A stretch of DNA of 43,104 nt from Promethearchaeota archaeon (lineage in GTDB: Archaea; Asgardarchaeota; Lokiarchaeia; Sigyniarchaeales; SOKP01): assembly GCA_018238625.1 (NCBI GenBank), contig JABCSY010000026.1, forward strand, positions 1 through 43,104, read 5' to 3'. A program made the position numbers and the translations under genes. This document shows, in pieces, positions 37,812 through 43,104 of the stretch. A model generated the notes under the pieces. The model had not been told where the DNA came from, did not search any database, and worked only from the letters and a program-made list of their open reading frames with translations. Within the stretch, counting starts at the first letter, position 1, and each line of letters begins with the position of its first letter.

Positions 37812-40082
37812 TTAATCTTTGTGGGCTTTCATCTTTATGGTTAGATCTCGAGCACGTTTTGAGTACCAAATTAATAATTCTCCCGCATCTGCTGGTTCGA
37901 AATATTCGCCACCACATAAATGGGACGCACGAGTCATTAGCTCCCGGTCTGGATTCCCCAAACCTACGATATAAAGTATAACATTAGGCATCTCGGCGAA
38001 AAGCTTTATTGATTTTAGGAAGCTTTCAGGATCTGTTGGTACACCATCGGTTAATAACACGATCATAGTTGGCTGCGGATTTCCTTGACTCATTTTGTCG
38101 AATTCGGTTAAAACTTGGTGAGCCTTTACCATTGCTTGCCCCATATTGGTACTTTGTCCGTAAGCGTTTCCTATGCGATCTACTACCATTCTTGCCGCAT
38201 CCTCTAAAACTCCTTTCTTTCCGCTTGCTGAGTCCATATAGAAACTATTACCGAAGGGGAGCAATTGCGCTTCATCTGCAAAGCGAATTATTGAGACTTT
38301 TTCGCCAAAACCGCGTCCAACTTTCTCACTTAAGAAAAGAACTGCCGCGAAAGCTGCAGAAATTCTCCTAGGGACGTTAACGCCTTCTTTGAAATGCTTT
38401 AAAAATTCTTGAATCTCTCGCGATTCCATTGCTGCTTTAATCCCCTCAATTGCGGGGGCAATATTTCGGATAGGTACATCACGGGCCATCATCGACCGGC
38501 TAATATCAATGATTAATATGGCATTGAATGGGACTAAGCCCGTAGGACTCAAATTTATTGCGGTACTTTCAGTTACTTGCGCTAATATGTCGCCTGTTAA
38601 ATCTGGAGTTGTCGTAAGAATTGAGCACGCTATATTTACGGCGTTCCATCTTAATTTTATTCCTTTAAAGATTATATAATTAGCTAACCAACCTTTTAGC
38701 GAGTCAACATTCTGCCGGGCGGTGCTAATAATTTCCCATACATTTTCGCCCGAGATTGGTGAAATTCCAAGAGAGATGTTTTGTAATGGTATTATTGGTC
38801 GAAAATTTTTGGATACTTTAACTTCAAAACTTCCAATTCCAGAAGCTTCCAGAATTTCACTATCGATAATGATGGTGTTATCTGGTACAGATTCTAGTAT
38901 CTCTACTTTCCCTGCTCCAATTGCCCCTGTAAGTTCGTCTTCAAAAGCAAGTACGTTATCTTGTACAAGTGAAAGCGTGTGCTGCGTTCTAGGGCTTACT
39001 AGTGCGTATCCCATTAAGTTCGGTTGTGATTGTACTTCCAACATAATTTGAGAAGCTCTTTGAACGGGGGGTTCGGTGGAATACACGACAATCTGTTGGG
39101 ATTGAATATTTGTGTCTTCTTTAGTATCTCTACTCATTCTAATTTCTGTAGGACCGATCATTGCCTGATCAATCCTGGCAGAACCCATAACGCGTGTAAG
39201 TGGATCTTCCCAAGCTATTAACATACTTTGCCCAAGACCTAATTGTTGGACAACCGTACTACTAAGCTGAACTCTCCCACCTTCAATAGAATTATCTACA
39301 GTTGGAGTTAATACGATACCATTTTTTTGGCTCCTTAACATATTAACATCAATTCTATTAGAGTAAGGATCAACAGGAGCAGCAGTTACACCAGGTTCTT
39401 GTCCGGGAGTTGGGAGTGGGATTTGTCTTGGGATAGGCTGAGGTATCTGGGGTGGCGGAACTTGTGGTATAGGTGTCGGTGATGGGGGCGTTGGCGTTGG
39501 CGTTAATTGGGGCGCTGGGGCTAAAGTTGGTTGTTGAGTTGGGATTGGTATGTGTCCTACAACAGGCTGAGGTGGTGGTGTAGGGGCTGGTTGTTGAGTT
39601 GGAAGTGGTATGTGTCCTACAACAGGCTGAGGTGGTGGTGTAGGGGCTGGTTGTTGAGTTGGAAGTGGTATATGCCCTGCAACCGGCGTAGAGGGCGTCA
39701 ATCGAGACGGCTTCGTTGGTAATGGCGTTAATCCAGGCTTAGAAGTTAAGGGCGGAGGTGCTAATGGTCTTGGAACTGGGACTTTTGGAATATGTAATGT
39801 AGGAGCAACTAAACCCGTACTACTCGTTGGTCGGATAATTAGCTCAACTCCAGTAAACTCAAGAGCATCGACAATGTTTTTTGAAACTTGACCCGCAAAA
39901 TCTAATACCATATTTGAAATTTCAATAACGGCTGTTGTCTTTTTGCTATTATCTGGATTTTCAATTTCAACTGAAGCTCCATTTTTAATTCCTAATTTAT
40001 TAGCATTATCTTGGCAAATAACCACTTTTCCGGTGGTACTTTCGCTAATATCAACAAAAATCTTAATTTCAGACATAACCAT
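37812..40082 (-). CDS. vWA-domain protein with repeated CDC48-N-like beta-barrel domains and a proline-rich linker
   Basis: MIDAS DISRSM, TNMGQA, LLTDG, VGLG; barrel-like repeats (ANKLGIKNGASVEI, VQQLGLGQSMLIAW, QHTLSLVQDNVLAF); long P/T/Q tract. Confidence 0.8.
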   Translation of the reverse strand: MVMSEIKIFVDISESTTGKVVICQDNANKLGIKNGASVEIENPDNSKKTTAVIEISNMVLDFAGQVSKNIVDALEFTGVELIIRPTSSTGLVAPTLHIPKVPVPRPLAPPPLTSKPGLTPLPTKPSRLTPSTPVAGHIPLPTQQPAPTPPPQPVVGHIPLPTQQPAPTPPPQPVVGHIPIPTQQPTLAPAPQLTPTPTPPSPTPIPQVPPPQIPQPIPRQIPLPTPGQEPGVTAAPVDPYSNRIDVNMLRSQKNGIVLTPTVDNSIEGGRVQLSSTVVQQLGLGQSMLIAWEDPLTRVMGSARIDQAMIGPTEIRMSRDTKEDTNIQSQQIVVYSTEPPVQRASQIMLEVQSQPNLMGYALVSPRTQHTLSLVQDNVLAFEDELTGAIGAGKVEILESVPDNTIIIDSEILEASGIGSFEVKVSKNFRPIIPLQNISLGISPISGENVWEIISTARQNVDSLKGWLANYIIFKGIKLRWNAVNIACSILTTTPDLTGDILAQVTESTAINLSPTGLVPFNAILIIDISRSMMARDVPIRNIAPAIEGIKAAMESREIQEFLKHFKEGVNVPRRISAAFAAVLFLSEKVGRGFGEKVSIIRFADEAQLLPFGNSFYMDSASGKKGVLEDAARMVVDRIGNAYGQSTNMGQAMVKAHQVLTEFDKMSQGNPQPTMIVLLTDGVPTDPESFLKSIKLFAEMPNVILYIVGLGNPDRELMTRASHLCGGEYFEPADAGELLIWYSKRARDLTIKMKAHKD
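39529..39686. repeat. 60-bp tandem repeat (~2.6 copies) encoding PVVGHIPLPTQQPAPTPPPQ
   Basis: Sequence lines starting at 39541 and 39601 are near-identical. Confidence 0.95.
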
Positions 40083-40200
40083 CTTCTATTTTTTTTTTCT
40101 AAGTATATAAATATATGTCAGAGTTTATCTATTAAAAAATTCGCATTATATCTGCTTATTATAAATTTTTTAAAACAAAATGATATGCTAAAGGATATCT

Positions 40201-40584
40201 TTAAGGATACCTTTTTGAAATCTCTCCCGCGTAATAGCGGAACACTGTTACGATCTTCCCCAAATCTTCAATCTTTCTGCTTCCTCCCATGAGGAAAAAC
40301 CTACCTGCTCCACTTAAAATTATAAACGACTTCTCTCCTCTTAAAACTACTTCTAACAAATGATCATATCCTAGTGATTCTATTGCATCATAACCACTTT
40401 GCATTACTACAGCACTTAAACTCGAAAATAAATCGGGGTCTACATCGTAATCCGGGATGCAAGAAAAAGCAAGGCGTAAACCATCACGGGTTACTAAGGC
40501 GAGTGCTTCTAATTCAGTGTGCTCGGTAATATTACCAAGAAACTTTGATAAACTATGTGCTTGATCCTGGGTTAAATCGCTCAT
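40201..40584 (-). CDS. Roadblock/LC7 (MglB-like) protein
   Basis: LALVTRDGLRLA, FSSLSAVV, EVVLRGEKSFIIL, DLG. Confidence 0.88.
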   Translation of the reverse strand: MSDLTQDQAHSLSKFLGNITEHTELEALALVTRDGLRLAFSCIPDYDVDPDLFSSLSAVVMQSGYDAIESLGYDHLLEVVLRGEKSFIILSGAGRFFLMGGSRKIEDLGKIVTVFRYYAGEISKRYP

Positions 40585-40813
40585 TTCAATAATCTCTGGC
40601 TTTTAATTGATCTATTTATTATTCTTTATTTAATATAAAATAAAAGTTTCGAACTTAAAAATTTATATTATTCAATTATTAGGTTAAATCGTTTTAAAGT
40701 TTAATTAAAACTCATTAAAAAATTAATTAAAAAATTAAATAAAAGAATAAGGTTAGAGAAAAATTCTAGAGATAATTGATACTCCGCTTCAGTTATTGGA
40801 GGTTCTGCGTAGC

Positions 40814-41668
40814 TTATGTTTTTCCTTCGAGCTGTGTTTTTATTTGGTTTTTTAAAATTTCTTTCTTAGATTTATACTCTACTTTAACGTCCATAGGTCC
40901 ACTTGTATGTTTAAGAAATTCTATTGCTAATATCTTTCCATTCTCCGACAAAATTCTTGGAGAATAATCTTCGGCAAAAAATACTCCTTCTGGAATGGCT
41001 CCAACCTTAGAGATCTCCTTTGATACTTGTTTTTTGCCCAAAAACGTTTGAACTCTTTCGACTACTGAGTATGCGTGATTCCCGATGATAATTAATTCTC
41101 TTTCAAATCCATCAGGTATTTTAATGGCTTCTAATTTTTGCATAATTTCGTTAAAATCCACGTGCGTTTCGTCTTGCATAAGCGTAGAAAACGAGTCCTT
41201 ACCAGTATATAAAGGTCCTGTGTTCTGAGTTGATCTATCTCTGGATCCGGCTATATTCATTCCCGCTGCAGGTTCAGGGGTCCCAAATACATTTTTCTCT
41301 CTTAAAGGATGCACTGCTGGACCAGCTCTAGCTGCTACTGGTTTCTCTTCGGCTTTAATCTCCTTTGCTATACCTCCTTCGGTCTTTCCACCAATTAATT
41401 TTATAAAATCTGGGTCTTCTTCTCCCTCGTCGAGAGGAACAACCCCAAAATGCATTCCTACCTGACCGCGTATATCTTGGCTACGTTTCGCACCTATAAA
41501 CTTCGATCTAACATTACTCTCAATGCCTTTCCACAAATAAACTTTACGGTATTCGTCAGAAACTATTACGTAACATTCAGCCGTATTTAGAATGTCTTTT
41601 ATAGGACCTTCCGTTTTGTTCTCTTCCGTATTTCCATCTGGCAAAATTTTAAAAACTTGAGTTCCCAT
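40814..41668 (-). CDS. Single gelsolin-domain protein with C-terminal extra domain (1DGelX-like)
   Basis: LNTAECYVI...VYLWKGIESNVRSKFIGA...DEGEEDPDF is a gelsolin repeat; linker followed by a second globular domain. Confidence 0.85.
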   Translation of the reverse strand: MGTQVFKILPDGNTEENKTEGPIKDILNTAECYVIVSDEYRKVYLWKGIESNVRSKFIGAKRSQDIRGQVGMHFGVVPLDEGEEDPDFIKLIGGKTEGGIAKEIKAEEKPVAARAGPAVHPLREKNVFGTPEPAAGMNIAGSRDRSTQNTGPLYTGKDSFSTLMQDETHVDFNEIMQKLEAIKIPDGFERELIIIGNHAYSVVERVQTFLGKKQVSKEISKVGAIPEGVFFAEDYSPRILSENGKILAIEFLKHTSGPMDVKVEYKSKKEILKNQIKTQLEGKT

Positions 41669-41772
41669 TTATACTCTCAACCAACTGTGTTATAATAAGG
41701 ACAATAATTTTATACTATTATAATAAATTAGGTGTTAATAAACTTTTATTAAAAAATAATTTGATGAAAACA

Positions 41773-41794
41773 AGCTATATAACCTTATATAGCT
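41773..41794. promoter_or_regulatory. Perfect inverted repeat AGCTATATAA-CC-TTATATAGCT
   Basis: Read directly; lies between the nnr stop and the gelsolin gene start. Confidence 0.5.
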
Positions 41795-41835
41795 GTAATC
41801 TGACAAAGAAATTTGGTAAATTTTTTTTAATAATT

Positions 41836-43104
41836 TTATAAACTCAAAATTCCTTTATTAATATTATTTATCATATCCATTGCCGTAAATCGATGTCCTA
41901 TCGTTTTCTTACAAAACTCTCCTATAAAACCATTCAAAAAGGCGGCAGAGCATGCAGATTGGAACGGATTATTTCCTATAGTTAAAAAACTAGCGCACAA
42001 TCCCGCTAACACGTCGCCAGTTCCACCAATGGACATTTCTGGGCAACCAGTTCTATTTATTTTTAGTTTTTTCCCGTTGCTAATGTAATCATATGGTCCT
42101 TTTACCAATAATGTAACGCCAAGTTTTTTAGCTAAGTTAAATATCTCGGTTCCCCTACGTTCTATTTCGTCATAGGGTGACAATTCAATACCCGCCATAA
42201 TTTTCAATTCTCCTTCGTGAGGAGTTAAAATCGCATTTTTTCCCTTAATCAAATCGAGATGGTTTTTGATTAATTTTAAAGCATCTGCGTCTATAACAAT
42301 CGATTTATCCTTACTTTTGATTGATTCTAATACTTTAATTAAAAGTTCCTCGCTTGTGCTTTCAGTTCCTAATCCTGGACCAATAATAATTGTATTTGCC
42401 CAATCAATTAATGATAAAATTTCGTCTAAAGCTTTTGTATTTAACCAATCTCCTGGACTTGTCCTTACTATCATGTTTGGAGAATAACTTCTTACTGCAT
42501 TTCCAATGACTTCTGGAACGTAAGTTATAACTAAATCGCATCCAAAACGAATGCTTGATAATGAGGCGTAAGCTGGCGCTCCAGAATAATTCTTTGAGCC
42601 ACCAATAACCAAAACTCTTCCGTATTCTCCCTTGTGGTTATCTATTTTTCTTGATTTTAAAGTTGGGATTAAATCTCCTTTTCCAACAAAGATACTTGCT
42701 TCTTGTGGTATCCCTATAGATTTTACTACAATTTGATATTTTCCAGTTTTCATGCCTTTTTTAATCCTATGAAAGGTTATTACTAAATCCGTATTAACTG
42801 CTTTATCAAGAACTTTTCCTGTATTGGGATTCATTCCGGAAGGTATGTCAATAGAAGCGACCTTAATACGCTCTCTCTCTTTTTCCCGTATGTTATTTAT
42901 GAGGTCAATTGTTGATGATATTGGTTCTCTAATGTCTCCTTTTATTCCCGTACCGAGTAATCCATCTATAATTAACCCATAACTTTGATCTTTTTCAATA
43001 ATAGATCCAATCTTTTCTACATCCGTAGAATCTTTAATAAATTCAATTTTAATCGAGTAAATTAGATTGTTACGTATTACATTCCAATTGAGTTGAGCTT
43101 CTTC
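41836..43104 (-). CDS. nnr: Bifunctional NAD(P)H-hydrate epimerase/dehydratase (5' truncated by window edge)
   Basis: DGLLGTG, IDIPSG, HKGEYGRVLVIGGS..YSGAP, GPGLG, DADAL, TPHEGE, GGTGDVLAG. Frame is open upstream of the listed ATG. Confidence 0.95.
   Translation of the reverse strand, partial: EEAQLNWNVIRNNLIYSIKIEFIKDSTDVEKIGSIIEKDQSYGLIIDGLLGTGIKGDIREPISSTIDLINNIREKERERIKVASIDIPSGMNPNTGKVLDKAVNTDLVITFHRIKKGMKTGKYQIVVKSIGIPQEASIFVGKGDLIPTLKSRKIDNHKGEYGRVLVIGGSKNYSGAPAYASLSSIRFGCDLVITYVPEVIGNAVRSYSPNMIVRTSPGDWLNTKALDEILSLIDWANTIIIGPGLGTESTSEELLIKVLESIKSKDKSIVIDADALKLIKNHLDLIKGKNAILTPHEGELKIMAGIELSPYDEIERRGTEIFNLAKKLGVTLLVKGPYDYISNGKKLKINRTGCPEMSIGGTGDVLAGLCASFLTIGNNPFQSACSAAFLNGFIGEFCKKTIGHRFTAMDMINNINKGILSL

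Noticed and set aside
39529-39686. Tandem repeats as a CRISPR array
   Set aside because: No unique spacers; the 60-bp unit is in frame within a coding Pro-rich tract.
40770-40813. GC-richer 3' flank of the gelsolin gene as a SECIS or other structured RNA
   Set aside because: Pairing is weak, and the gene has no in-frame TGA.
1184-42487. Short antisense or overlapping ORFs in the track (e.g. 1184-1510, 2257-2448, 4548-4751, 8281-8466, 13160-13432, 27344-27592, 36398-36715, 38069-38371, 39531-39722, 42266-42487)
   Set aside because: They are shadows on the opposite strand of well-supported genes and have no motifs of their own.

Overview
AT-rich archaeal DNA, most likely from an Asgard archaeon (Lokiarchaeia-like). 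This is inferred from the combination of TFB, an actin-related protein, a gelsolin-domain protein, five roadblock-domain proteins, a longin-like domain and MglA-type small GTPases. Housekeeping genes are folP (partial), gyrB-gyrA, a DEAD-box helicase and nnr (partial). There is also a ~14 kb signal-transduction island bounded by a duplicated 3' end of the DEAD-box helicase gene, an RsbRST stressosome operon, an orphan N6-adenine methyltransferase and an actin-related gene cluster. The main discovery is at 7941-8646 (minus strand). An apparently shattered MglA-family GTPase gene is interrupted by three tiny insertions (29, 31 and 31 nt), each folding into a tRNA-type bulge-helix-bulge (BHB) splice motif. 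Cutting each at the canonical BHB positions restores one uninterrupted 204-aa GTPase, so this is a candidate multi-intron, endonuclease-spliced protein-coding gene. All family assignments come from motif recognition by eye; no searches were run.
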